Part shown: positions 51,210-60,512 of the stretch, piece by piece
Numbering within the stretch: the stretch's first letter is position 1
How the letters are laid out: every line of letters begins with the position of its first letter
Source of the DNA: Candidatus Eiseniibacteriota bacterium
GTDB taxonomy: Bacteria; Eisenbacteria; RBG-16-71-46
Assembly: GCA_038231135.1 (NCBI GenBank)
Contig: JBBRLX010000001.1
Coordinates: 192,001-256,000, forward strand
DNA: 64,000 bases
Direction of reading: 5' to 3'
Program-made: the position numbers and the translations under genes
The notes under the pieces: model-generated
What the model saw: only the letters and a program-made list of their open reading frames with translations
Database searches by the model: none
Told to the model about the DNA's origin: nothing

Positions 51210-51870
51210 GCGCCGCCGTGCACCCGCGCGCCGCGGCCCGGCGCCGGTGAAGCGTGGCGGCCCCGCGTCCCGCGGCGCGCCGGCGGGGCGGGCCAGGCCC
51301 GGCGCCCGCGCGGCCGCGACCCGCGCCGCCGTGCCGATCGCGGGGCCGGTGCGGATCCTGTTCCTCGACGTGGACGGCACGCTCACCGACGGCACGATCA
51401 CGTTCGACGGCGCGGGCGACGGCCGCAGCTTCTGGATCCGCGACGGGCTCGCGCTCAAGTGGGCGCAGGACCTGGGCGTGCTGCCGGTGGTGATCTCGGG
51501 CCGCGGCTCGCTCGCGGTCGAGGGCCGCATGCGTGATCTGGGGCTCGAATTCTACCTGGGCGTCGCCGACAAGGTCGCGGTCGCGGAGCGCGTGCTGGCG
51601 CGCGAGCGCGCGGGCTGGGAGTCGTGCGCGATGGCCGGCGACGACCTGCCCGACGTGGCCCTGATGCGGCGCGTGGCGTGGCCGATCGCCGTGGGCGACG
51701 CCGACCCGGAGGTGAAGCGCGTGGCGAAGACGGTGACGCGCGCGGGCGGCGGCCGCGGCGCGGTGCGCGAGATCGTGACGAGCATCCTCCAGCACAACGG
51801 CACCTGGCAGCAGGTGCTCGACCGCTACCAGGTGCCCGCGGCCCCGCGATCCCGTCCGAGGTCACGATGA
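51202..51870 (+). CDS. kdsC: KDO 8-phosphate phosphatase (HAD)
   Basis: LDVDGTLTDG, F..RDG, GDDLPD and GGRGAVRE motifs. Confidence 0.93.
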   Translation: MPERRRAPARRGPAPVKRGGPASRGAPAGRARPGARAAATRAAVPIAGPVRILFLDVDGTLTDGTITFDGAGDGRSFWIRDGLALKWAQDLGVLPVVISGRGSLAVEGRMRDLGLEFYLGVADKVAVAERVLARERAGWESCAMAGDDLPDVALMRRVAWPIAVGDADPEVKRVAKTVTRAGGGRGAVREIVTSILQHNGTWQQVLDRYQVPAAPRSRPRSR

Positions 51871-52856
51871 CCGCCCCCGCGAACGCGGCCGCGCTGCTCG
51901 AGCGGGCGCGCGAGGTGGTGCGGATCGAGGCGGCCGCGGTGGCGGCGCTCGAGGCCCGCATCGGCGACGAGTTCCTGCGCGCCGTCGATCTGCTCGCGGC
52001 GTGCCGGGGCAAGGTCGTGGTGTCGGGCGTCGGCAAGTCCGGACTGCTGGCGCACCAGGTCGCGGCGACGCTCACGAGCGTGGGCACGCCGGCGGTGTTC
52101 CTGCATCCGACGGACGCCATGCACGGCGACGCCGGGCTGTTCGCGACGGGCGACGCAGCGCTGTTCCTGTCGAAGAGCGGGGCCAGCGACGAGTTGCTGG
52201 CGCTGTTGCCCTACGTCGAGCGTCATGGCATTCCGCTGCTGTCGATCGTGGCGGCGCCGCAGTCGTCGCTGGCGCGCCGCAGCACGGTGGCGCTGGTCAC
52301 CGGTCCGCTGCGCGAGGCGTGCCCGATGGACCTGACGCCCACGACCAGCCTCACGGTCGCCCACGTGGTGACCGACGCGCTGGCCGTGGCGCTGCTCGAG
52401 CGGCGGGGCGTGAGCCCCGAGGACTTCCGGTTCCTGCATCCGGGCGGGCTGCTCGGGCGCGTGGCGTCGCGCCGCGTCGCCGAACGGATGCACGCGGGGG
52501 CTGCGCTGCCGGCGGTGCCGCTCGGGGCCACGCTGCGGGAGGTCATGCTCGAGATCATGGAGAAGCGGCTGGGGATGGCGGTCGTGCTCGACGCGTCGGG
52601 CACGCTCGCCGGGGTGATCAGCGACGGGGACTTCAAGCGCATCCTGATGCGCCATCCGGATCCGTGGCACCTGACCGCGGCCGAGGTCATGACGGCGCGG
52701 CCGAGCACGATCGATCCCGACACGCACGTCGCGGCAGCGGTTCGGGCGATGGAGGAGCGGGCGGAGGGTCCGATCACGGCGCTCGTCGTCGTGGACTCCG
52801 ACGGGCGGCCGCTCGGCATTCTGCATCTTCACGACTGCCTGAGAGCTGGCGTCTAG
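51867..52856 (+). CDS. kdsD: Arabinose-5-phosphate isomerase KdsD/KpsF (SIS plus CBS pair)
   Basis: SGVGKSG, FLHP.DA.HGD, EACP.DL.PTTS and HPGG.LG motifs; C-terminal CBS LHLHDCLRAG. Confidence 0.94.
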   Translation: MTAPANAAALLERAREVVRIEAAAVAALEARIGDEFLRAVDLLAACRGKVVVSGVGKSGLLAHQVAATLTSVGTPAVFLHPTDAMHGDAGLFATGDAALFLSKSGASDELLALLPYVERHGIPLLSIVAAPQSSLARRSTVALVTGPLREACPMDLTPTTSLTVAHVVTDALAVALLERRGVSPEDFRFLHPGGLLGRVASRRVAERMHAGAALPAVPLGATLREVMLEIMEKRLGMAVVLDASGTLAGVISDGDFKRILMRHPDPWHLTAAEVMTARPSTIDPDTHVAAAVRAMEERAEGPITALVVVDSDGRPLGILHLHDCLRAGV

Positions 52857-52900
52857 CAGGCTGCAGAAGACGCTCGATGGCTGCGTTGGCTGGTCGCTTT

Positions 52901-53184
52901 AGCAGCGATGCCCTTCGGGGTGAGGTTCGGAGCAGCGATGCCGTTCGGGGTGAGGTTCGGAGCAGCGAAGCCGTTCGGGGTGAGATTCCTCCGGCGGGGA
53001 CGCTCGGCCCCGCCCTCCTGGCGGGGCCTCGCTACTCGCGCAGCGCTCCGTGCATCCCTGCACTCCCGCGCTGCGCTCGGTCCCCGCCTCCGGAACCTCA
53101 CCCCGAACGGCTTCGCGGCACGGGGTTGCGTGTCAAATTCTGGTCCACGCCTGCGCTCGGTCCACGCCTGCGGAACCCTACCCC
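52901..53184. repeat. REP/MITE-like branched inverted-repeat element with 3 x 30-bp tandem repeats
   Basis: AGCAGCGATGCCGTTCGGGGTGAGGTTCGG x3 (52901-52990). IR 52965-52989/53092-53116, inner stems, and a degenerate second right arm at 53151-53184. Confidence 0.85.
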
Positions 53185-53478
53185 TCACTCTTAGCCGCCT
53201 TGCATTTGGGCCTCTTCAGCAGCTGCGAGTAGCCGGGTTTGGGTGCCCCCGCCGGCCGGGGCGCACTGCAACGCGCCCGCCATCGCTCGGCCGCTCCGTG
53301 AATCCCAATGGGATGTAGGCAGAAGTGCGATTCGTCCACGCCCCGGACGCCGTCCGGTGGCAGATCCGGGACGGGGGGGACCCGAAGTGGTCGCGGATGA
53401 CCATTCCGTGGTCAAGATGGCGCTCGAAAATACCGATAAGGTCTTGGAATTGCTGCGAATTGCTGACTGCACCCAGTT

Positions 53479-53494
53479 TGGCACACACCGTGCT
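53479..53494 (+). promoter_or_regulatory. Sigma54 -24/-12 promoter upstream of lptC-lptB-rpoN
   Basis: TGGCACACACCGTGCT has GG-N10-GC, preceded by AT-rich sequence with an IHF-like site. Confidence 0.65.
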
Positions 53495-53569
53495 TGCGGC
53501 ACGCACGGACCCTTTGTTAGCGTGAGCCAATACACCACGGCTCATCCCTCACGCATCCGGAAGTCCATC

Positions 53570-54163
53570 ATGCGACAGCGTCGTTGGAAGTCGATCCTCG
53601 TTCGGTCGGGGCTCCTCGCCGTTCTCACGGCGGGTGCCCTCGCGGGCTGCTCGCAGAAGCGGTCGGTGAGTCCTGCCGCGATGACGGGCGAGCTTCCGGA
53701 CCAGGAAGTCAGCGACTTCGCGATCACCGAGACCGATGCCGGTCACGTGGACTGGAAGCTCTATGCCCACGACGCCGCCACCTATAGCGCCCGCGATCTG
53801 ATCCTGGCGCACCAGGTGCGCATCGATTTCTTCGACGACCAGGCGAAGCAGTCCTCGGAGCTGGTCGCCGCGAAGGGCGAGATCAACCAGCGCACCCGCA
53901 ACATGACCGCGCGCGGCAACGTGGTGCTCCAGACCACCGAGGGCACCCGGATGTCGAGCGACGTGCTGACGTTCCTGAACAAGGAGCAGAAGGTCGTGGT
54001 GCCGATCGATCACCTGGTGCGGGTGGAGCGCGGCGGCGACGTGCTCACCGGCTACGGCTTCGAGAGCGACCCCAATCTCCGGCACTTCGAATTCAAGCGC
54101 CAGGTGCAGGCCACCGTGCGCATCGGGACCGGCGGCCTCATCCAGTCGGGCGGCGGCAAATGA
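53570..54163 (+). CDS. lptC: LPS export ABC transporter periplasmic protein LptC
   Basis: Lipoprotein-like N-terminus (LAGC), beta-jellyroll pattern (W.L.A..A, A.GNV.L, LTG.GF); lies between kds and lptB. Confidence 0.85.
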   Translation: MRQRRWKSILVRSGLLAVLTAGALAGCSQKRSVSPAAMTGELPDQEVSDFAITETDAGHVDWKLYAHDAATYSARDLILAHQVRIDFFDDQAKQSSELVAAKGEINQRTRNMTARGNVVLQTTEGTRMSSDVLTFLNKEQKVVVPIDHLVRVERGGDVLTGYGFESDPNLRHFEFKRQVQATVRIGTGGLIQSGGGK

Positions 54164-54933
54164 CCGTGAACGCCGAGCCCCGCGAACACGACGCCGCCCC
54201 CGGCGTAGCCGGCCGCGAGCTCCGGGCCGAGCACCTGGTGCGCTACTACGGCAAGTGGCGCGTGGTGAGCGACGTGTCCATCCACGTGCGCCGTGGCGAG
54301 GTCGTGGGGCTCCTGGGGCCGAACGGCGCCGGCAAGACCACGACGTTCTACATGATCGTCGGACTGCTGCGCCCGTCGCAGGGCACGATCGCGATGGACG
54401 GCGAGGACATCACCGACGAGCCCGTGTATCTGAGGGCGCGCCGTGGGCTCGGCTATCTGGCCCAGGAGCCGAGCGTGTTCCGCCGGCTGACCGTGCGCGA
54501 GAACGTTCTCGCGGTGCTCGAGACCATGAAGATGACCCCGGCGGCGCGCGCGGACCGGCTGGCCCAGCTGCTCGACGACCTCAACCTGACCCAACTCGCC
54601 GACCGCGTCGCGAGCAAGCTGTCGGGCGGCGAGCGGCGGCGCGTCGAGATCACGCGCGCGCTGGCGCGCCAGCCGTTCTACATGCTGCTCGACGAGCCGT
54701 TCGTCGGCATCGATCCCATCGCCGTTTCCGAGATCCAGGACATCGTGGGCCGCCTGCGCGACCGGGGTCTCGGCGTGCTCATCACCGATCACAACGTGCG
54801 GGAGACGCTCCGCATCACGGATCGGGCCTACATCATGTACGAAGGCAGAATCCTGCTGCAGGGCACCGCGGAGGAGCTGGCCCGGGATCCGCGTGCCCGG
54901 GAGATCTACCTCGGAGAACGCTTCAGCCTCTAG
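54160..54933 (+). CDS. lptB: LPS export ABC transporter ATPase
   Basis: GPNGAGKTTTFY, GYLAQEPSVFR, LSGGERRR.EI, LDEPF.GIDP, ITDHNVRETL and YLGE.F motifs. Confidence 0.96.
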   Translation: MTVNAEPREHDAAPGVAGRELRAEHLVRYYGKWRVVSDVSIHVRRGEVVGLLGPNGAGKTTTFYMIVGLLRPSQGTIAMDGEDITDEPVYLRARRGLGYLAQEPSVFRRLTVRENVLAVLETMKMTPAARADRLAQLLDDLNLTQLADRVASKLSGGERRRVEITRALARQPFYMLLDEPFVGIDPIAVSEIQDIVGRLRDRGLGVLITDHNVRETLRITDRAYIMYEGRILLQGTAEELARDPRAREIYLGERFSL

Positions 54934-54949
54934 GAGTCGACGACCCATC

Positions 54950-56383
54950 ATGGACATGAAGCCTTCGCTCAATCTGTCGATGCGCCCGGCGCTGATCATG
55001 ACGCCGCGGCTGCAGCAGGCCTTGAAGCTCCTGCAGGTGCCGACGCTCGAGCTCCAGCAGATCCTCAAGCAGGAGATCATGCAGAATCCGCTGCTCGAAG
55101 AGGTGGACGAGATCACCGACAACGAGGATCTCGACCGCGAGGACTCGCCGGAGGAGACCGCGAACGAGGAGGGCGAGACGCCGAGCGAGGAGGATCCGAT
55201 CGACTGGTCGGACTACATGCAGGACGGACTCGACCGCACCTACGTGCCGCAGAGCGAGACCAGCATGGAGTTCCTCGAGAAGGTGCCGGTCACCCGCGGC
55301 ACGCTGGCCGAGAGCCTGATGGAGCAGCTGCACTTCCTGAACCTGCCGCGCGAGCGCATGGCGGTCGCGGAGTTCCTCGTCGGATCGATCGACGACAGCG
55401 GCTGGCTCGCCAGCTCGCTCGACGAGATCTCCGAGGCGATCGGCCGGCCGGTCGAGGACATCGAGCGCGTGCTGTGCGTGATCCAGGCGCTCGAGCCGGT
55501 GGGGGTGGGCGCGCGCAACCTGCGGGAGTGCCTGCTGATCCAGCTCGAGGCGCGCGGCGAGAAGGACACGCTGCCGTGGAAGATCATCCACGACCACTTC
55601 GACCATCTCGTGAACCGGCGGTTCCCCGAGATCGCCCGGCAGCTCAAGTGCACGGCGGAGGACGTCCAGGCCGCCGCCGACGTGATCGCCACGCTGAATC
55701 CGCGCCCCGGCCTGCAGGTGTCGAGCGAGGAGCCCAAGTACGTCACGCCCGACCTGCTCGTCGACCGCGTGGACGAGGAATACGTGGTGGTGCTCAACGA
55801 CCGCCACCTGCCGCGCTTGCGTATCTCGTCGGCATACGAGAGCGTGCTGCGCGAGAAGAAGAAGTCGGAGTCGAACTCGGACGAGCTCAAGACGCGCGAG
55901 TACATCCAGGGCAAGCTGAATTCGGCGCGCTGGCTGATCCAGACCATCGAACAGCGCCGCAAGACGATGATCAAGGTGATGAGCTGCATCATCCGCGAAC
56001 AGCGCGAGTTCTTCGACAAGGGGATCGCGTTCCTGAGGCCGCTCACGCTGCAGCAGGTCGCGCGGCAGATCGACATGCACGAGTCGACGGTCAGCCGGGT
56101 GTGCAGCGGCAAGTACGTCCAGACGCCGCGCGGCGTGTTCGAGCTCAAGTTCTTCTTCTCGAGCGGGCTCGAGACCGAGGACGGCGAGGACGTGTCGGCG
56201 CGCTCGGCCAAGAACATCATCAAGACGCTCATCGACGAGGAGGAGAAGCGCAGTCCGCTGTCCGACGACGCAATCGCGAAGAAGCTGCACGAGAAGGGCC
56301 TCAAAATCGCCCGCCGCACGGTGGCAAAGTACCGTGAACAGCTCAATATCCTGCCGGCGCGGTTTCGCCGGCGGGTCGCCTGA
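54950..56383 (+). CDS. rpoN: RNA polymerase sigma-54 factor
   Basis: TPRLQQALKLLQ, PVGVGARNLRECL, MHESTVSR and RpoN box ARRTVAKYRE. Confidence 0.98.
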   Translation: MDMKPSLNLSMRPALIMTPRLQQALKLLQVPTLELQQILKQEIMQNPLLEEVDEITDNEDLDREDSPEETANEEGETPSEEDPIDWSDYMQDGLDRTYVPQSETSMEFLEKVPVTRGTLAESLMEQLHFLNLPRERMAVAEFLVGSIDDSGWLASSLDEISEAIGRPVEDIERVLCVIQALEPVGVGARNLRECLLIQLEARGEKDTLPWKIIHDHFDHLVNRRFPEIARQLKCTAEDVQAAADVIATLNPRPGLQVSSEEPKYVTPDLLVDRVDEEYVVVLNDRHLPRLRISSAYESVLREKKKSESNSDELKTREYIQGKLNSARWLIQTIEQRRKTMIKVMSCIIREQREFFDKGIAFLRPLTLQQVARQIDMHESTVSRVCSGKYVQTPRGVFELKFFFSSGLETEDGEDVSARSAKNIIKTLIDEEEKRSPLSDDAIAKKLHEKGLKIARRTVAKYREQLNILPARFRRRVA

Positions 56384-56448
56384 CCCTGTCGCGAATCGCG
56401 GCGGCCGTGCCGTGATTCCGGATCCACACCCTCAGCGGAGGTGGAACG

Positions 56449-56856
56449 ATGCAGATCCACACGACGGCACGCCACTGCGAACTCGATCCCGCCGACCGGG
56501 CGTTCGCCGAACAGCGGCTCGGGAAGCTCACGCGCTTCGCGCCCGATCTGAGTGAGGTGCACCTCACCGTCACGGCGGAGAGCTACCGCCATATCGCCGA
56601 GATCACGCTCAAGCTCAAGGGCAAGGACGTGGTGAGCCGCGAGACCTCGACCGAGGCCCGCGCCGCGATCGACCTGGCCTCGGACGCGCTCGAGGAGCAG
56701 TTGCGCCGCATCAAGGGCCGCCGCGTCGACCGCTCGCACGGCAAACTGCAGAACGGCAAGTCGGCTCCGGCCGATGCCCCGGCGGCGGCCGGCCCCAAGG
56801 ACGGCGCGACCGACGAAGCGATGGACGACGACGGGTTCGACAGCGGGACCGGGTAG
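56449..56856 (+). CDS. hpf: Ribosome hibernation factor HPF/RaiA
   Basis: MQI..TARH.EL and AAID.A...LE.QLRR.K motifs; located after rpoN. Confidence 0.9.
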   Translation: MQIHTTARHCELDPADRAFAEQRLGKLTRFAPDLSEVHLTVTAESYRHIAEITLKLKGKDVVSRETSTEARAAIDLASDALEEQLRRIKGRRVDRSHGKLQNGKSAPADAPAAAGPKDGATDEAMDDDGFDSGTG

Positions 56857-56863
56857 GTCCCGC

Positions 56864-57835
56864 GTGCAGACTCTCAGCATCGCGCGGCTGTTCGAAGACC
56901 AGCATCAGGAGTTGCAGCTCGAGCAGCTGACCGAGTCGCTGGCGTCACAGCGTGAGATCACCGTCAGCGACATCCACCGCCCCGGCATGGCGCTCATGGG
57001 GTTCGTGGAGAACTTCCTGCCCGAGCGCATCCAGATCATCGCGCAGACCGAGCTCACGTATCTCGCGACGCTCAGCGAGTCGGACGTGCACGCGGCCGTG
57101 GACCGGCTGTTCCAGTTCACGATGCCGCTGATCGTGGTGTGCAAGGGTCTCGATCCGCCGCCCTACCTGGTGGTGCGTGCGAACGAGATGCAGGTGCCGG
57201 TGCTGCGCACGCCGCAGAGCACGACGCCGTTCATCCACTACCTGACGCTGTACCTCGATCACATGTTCGCCCCGCACACGACGGTGCACGGGTCGCTGGT
57301 CGACGTCTACGGTGTGGGCCTGCTGTTCACGGGCCGCAGCGGCGTCGGCAAGTCGGAGTGCGCGCTCGACCTCGTGGAGCGCGGGCAGCGGCTGGTGGCG
57401 GACGACGTCGTGACCGTCACCCGGCGCCACGGCGACGTGCTGATCGGCACCGGCAACCAGCTGTTGCGGCACCACATGGAGATCCGCGGCCTCGGCATCA
57501 TCGACGTGCAGGCGATCTTCGGCATCCGCGCGATCCGATTGCAGAAGCGCGTGGAAGTGATGGTGAATCTGCAGGAGTGGTCGAGCGAGAAGGACTACGA
57601 GCGGACCGGGCTCGATGAGAAGAAGATCGACGTGCTGGGCGTCCAGATCCCGCTCGTCGAGGTGCCGATCACGCCCGGCAAGAACATCACGGTGATCGCC
57701 GAGGTCATCGCGCTGAACTACCTGGTGAAGGTGACGGGCGGGTATTCTCCGGCGGAACGCCTGAACCAGCACCTGATGGAACTCATGAAGCGCAAGAGCG
57801 CCGCACGCACCTGGGTCCGGGAGGACACCGAGTAG
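56864..57835 (+). CDS. hprK: HPr kinase/phosphorylase
   Basis: HGSLVDVYG.G, G.SG.GKSE.AL.LV.RG..LVADD and EIRGLGII motifs. Confidence 0.96.
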   Translation: MQTLSIARLFEDQHQELQLEQLTESLASQREITVSDIHRPGMALMGFVENFLPERIQIIAQTELTYLATLSESDVHAAVDRLFQFTMPLIVVCKGLDPPPYLVVRANEMQVPVLRTPQSTTPFIHYLTLYLDHMFAPHTTVHGSLVDVYGVGLLFTGRSGVGKSECALDLVERGQRLVADDVVTVTRRHGDVLIGTGNQLLRHHMEIRGLGIIDVQAIFGIRAIRLQKRVEVMVNLQEWSSEKDYERTGLDEKKIDVLGVQIPLVEVPITPGKNITVIAEVIALNYLVKVTGGYSPAERLNQHLMELMKRKSAARTWVREDTE

Positions 57836-57836
57836 C

Positions 57837-58229
57837 ATGGGCCGCGTACCCGCACTGCTCGTCACCCACGCCGATCTGGCGGAGGCGCTGGTGCGCGCCG
57901 CCGAGAAGGTGTACGGGCCGGTCGAGGACGTCGAGCGGCTGTCGAACGATGGCCTGTCGCGGGCCGCGCTCGAACACGAGATCGTGAGCCGCGTGTCGCT
58001 ATGGCCCGCGGGCGGGCTGGTGCTGATCGATTTCTGGGGCGGTTCGTGCTTCATCTGCGGCGTGTCGGCGGCGCGCGGCCGCGAGGTGGTGGTGCTCACC
58101 GGCATCAACCTGCCGGCGCTGCTCGACTACCTGCACAACCGTGAGGCGCTGGGCGTGGTCGAGCTCGCCGAGCGGCTGCGCACCAAGGGGCAGGAAAGCT
58201 TCCGGCTGCAGCGCGCTCCGGCCGCATGA
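57837..58229 (+). CDS. PTS mannose-family EIIA
   Basis: LLVTH..LA, D.WGGS and GINLP motifs. Confidence 0.88.
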   Translation: MGRVPALLVTHADLAEALVRAAEKVYGPVEDVERLSNDGLSRAALEHEIVSRVSLWPAGGLVLIDFWGGSCFICGVSAARGREVVVLTGINLPALLDYLHNREALGVVELAERLRTKGQESFRLQRAPAA

Positions 58230-58732
58230 CCTGGTCCCTCCACCGCATCGACGATCGGTTGATCCACGGCCAGGTGCTGGTGGCGTGGGGACACCGGCTC
58301 CATCCGCAGCGAATCTGGGTGGTCGACGACGCGTCGGCCGCCAGCGCCTGGGAACGCGAGTTGCTCGTGTCGTCGGCGCCCGACATCGACGTCCGTGTCG
58401 TGTCGGTGGCGGAGGCCGCCGAGATCCACGCGGTGGAGCACGCGGCGGCCGGGGGCGCGTTCCTGCTGGTGCGCGACCTCCAGACCGCGCTCGCGCTCAT
58501 CGAACGCGGCGCGGCGGTGGTGACGTTCATCGTCGGCGGGCTGCACTACGCGCCGGGCAAGGACAAGGTCCACGAGTCGGTGTACCTCGACGCGGCGGAT
58601 CGCGCGGCCGCGCGGGCGCTGCTGGCCCGTGGCGTCGCGCTGCCCGTGCAGGACGTGCCGGCGTCCCGCTCCCAGCCGCTCGAGAAGCTCGATCCGTCCC
58701 TGGTGCGCGGCGGCGCCGGGTCCGCGCCGTGA
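58226..58732 (+). CDS. PTS mannose/sorbose-family EIIB
   Basis: RIDDRLIHGQV phospho-His motif. Confidence 0.92.
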   Translation: MTWSLHRIDDRLIHGQVLVAWGHRLHPQRIWVVDDASAASAWERELLVSSAPDIDVRVVSVAEAAEIHAVEHAAAGGAFLLVRDLQTALALIERGAAVVTFIVGGLHYAPGKDKVHESVYLDAADRAAARALLARGVALPVQDVPASRSQPLEKLDPSLVRGGAGSAP

Positions 58733-59436
58733 TCCCCGAGGTGCTGGGCACGGTGCTGCTCGGCGGCGTCGGGGCGCTCGACGCGACGCCGGTCGGCCAG
58801 ACGCTGCTGTCGCAGCCGCTCGTGACCGCGGCGCTGCTCGGCGCGCTGTGGCACGACATGCCGGTCGCGCTCGCCGTGGGCGTGGTGCTGCAGATCCTCG
58901 CCGCCAGCACGCTGCCCGTCGGCGCGCGCACGCCCGAGGACTACGCGGTGGGCGGCGTGGTCGGCACCGGGCTCGCGCTGCTGCTGGCGTCGCAGGTGTC
59001 GTTCACCATCGCGCGCGACGGCTGCGCGCTGCTCGGGGTGTTCGCGGGGATGATCGCCGCCACGTCGGGAGTCCCGCTGCTCAAGTGGCAGCGCCGGCAG
59101 CACGAGGGCTTGAGCCGCTGGTGCGAGGACGAGCTGCGCGCCGGTAACGAGGCCGCGCTCGGCCAGTGCCAGGCGGCCGGCGTTGGCCTCGCCTTCGGCG
59201 TCGGTGTAAGTTACTCCGCTGCCTGCCTGGGGCTGGGAACCCTGCTGCTGATGGGGCTGGCGCGTACGGAATCGGTGTGGCTGTCGCGCGCCTGGACACT
59301 CGCCCAGCCGCTGTGGATCGGACTCGGCCTCGCGCAGTTGCTGCACGCGTTCGTGCAGCGCCGGTTGCTGCGCGTCGGGGTGTTCGCCGCCGCGCTGTTC
59401 CTGACCTGGCTGCTGCTCATGAGCGGTGCATCGTGA
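58729..59436 (+). CDS. PTS mannose-family EIIC
   Basis: SQPLV...LLG and LPVGA..P motifs; multiple TM segments. Confidence 0.85.
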   Translation: MIPEVLGTVLLGGVGALDATPVGQTLLSQPLVTAALLGALWHDMPVALAVGVVLQILAASTLPVGARTPEDYAVGGVVGTGLALLLASQVSFTIARDGCALLGVFAGMIAATSGVPLLKWQRRQHEGLSRWCEDELRAGNEAALGQCQAAGVGLAFGVGVSYSAACLGLGTLLLMGLARTESVWLSRAWTLAQPLWIGLGLAQLLHAFVQRRLLRVGVFAAALFLTWLLLMSGAS

Positions 59437-60188
59437 CGGTGCCCGCGCTCCGGAAAGGGGATCTGTTGCGGATGGCGGCGCGCGCTTCGTTGTTGCAGGC
59501 CACGTGGAACTACGAGCGCCAGCAGGGCCTGGGCTGGGCGTTCGCGCTGGCGCCCGCGCTGCGGCGGTTCCTGCCGGAGCGTGCGGAGCGCTGCGAGCGG
59601 CTCGCCGAGCACACGTCGTACTTCAACACCCAGCCCACGCTGGCGTCGCTCGCGCTCGGCGCCGTCGCCGCGCTCGAACAGCAGCGCGCGGACACGGGCC
59701 AGCCCGACGCCGACGGCATGCGCCGCGTGAAGCACGTGCTGGGCTCGACGCTGGCGGCGCTCGGGGACCGGATGTTCTGGCTCACCCTGCGGCCGCTCGC
59801 CGCCTGCCTGGGCCTGATCCTCGCGATCGGCGGCTCGCCGGCGGGGGCGGCGGTGCTGTGGGTGTGCTACAACGCCATGCACCAGAGCCTGCGCCTGGCG
59901 GGCGTGTTCTGGGGCTACCGGCTGGGGCCCAAGGTGCTGAGCGGCGAGCTGCGTCCCCGCCTGGAGCGGCTGGTGCACGCCTGGGCGATCATCGGCGCCG
60001 CCGCCGTGGGTTCGATCGTCGCGCTGCTGCTGGTGCCGGGCGGCACGCCGCGCCCGCTGGCGTTCCAGCTCGTGCTCGCCTGCGGGCTCGGGCTCGGGCT
60101 GGTCGCCGCCCAGCGCGTGCGGCCGTCGCCGACCGAGTGGGCGCTGGGAGCCGGGGTGCTGTGCCTGATCCTCGCGTGGCATCCATGA
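59433..60188 (+). CDS. PTS mannose-family EIID
   Basis: LQATWNYERQQG.G, YFNTQP and LAALGDR.FW..LRP motifs. Confidence 0.9.
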   Translation: MTVPALRKGDLLRMAARASLLQATWNYERQQGLGWAFALAPALRRFLPERAERCERLAEHTSYFNTQPTLASLALGAVAALEQQRADTGQPDADGMRRVKHVLGSTLAALGDRMFWLTLRPLAACLGLILAIGGSPAGAAVLWVCYNAMHQSLRLAGVFWGYRLGPKVLSGELRPRLERLVHAWAIIGAAAVGSIVALLLVPGGTPRPLAFQLVLACGLGLGLVAAQRVRPSPTEWALGAGVLCLILAWHP

Positions 60189-60454
60189 CCGAGGCCGAAT
60201 TGCTGATCAAGAACCAGCTCGGTCTGCACGCGCGCGCCTGCGCGATGTTCGTCAAGACCGCGGCGAAGTTCCAGTCGGAGATCGTCGTGAGCCGCGACGA
60301 TCTCGAGGTCAACGGCAAGAGCATCATGGGCGTCATGATGCTCGCGGCCGAGGAGGGTTCCACGATCAAGGTGCGGGCCGTGGGCGCCGACGAGTCGGAC
60401 GCGCTCACCGCGCTGACGCAGCTCGTGGACGGAAAGTTCGGCGGTGAGCCGTGA
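60185..60454 (+). CDS. ptsH: Phosphocarrier protein HPr
   Basis: N.LGLHAR (His15) and VNGKSIMGVMML (Ser46). Confidence 0.96.
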   Translation: MTEAELLIKNQLGLHARACAMFVKTAAKFQSEIVVSRDDLEVNGKSIMGVMMLAAEEGSTIKVRAVGADESDALTALTQLVDGKFGGEP

Positions 60455-60512
60455 GCCGCCCCGACGCCCGCCGCCCCGGCACGCGCGGATCGCGAACCCT
60501 GCGGGAGCAGCC

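Noticed and set aside
52901..52990. 30-bp repeats as a CRISPR array
   Set aside because: The copies are directly adjacent with no unique spacers, and there are no cas genes in the window.
52853..53545. Short ORFs across the kdsD-lptC gap
   Set aside because: Translations simply mirror the DNA repeat; no RBS or coding bias.
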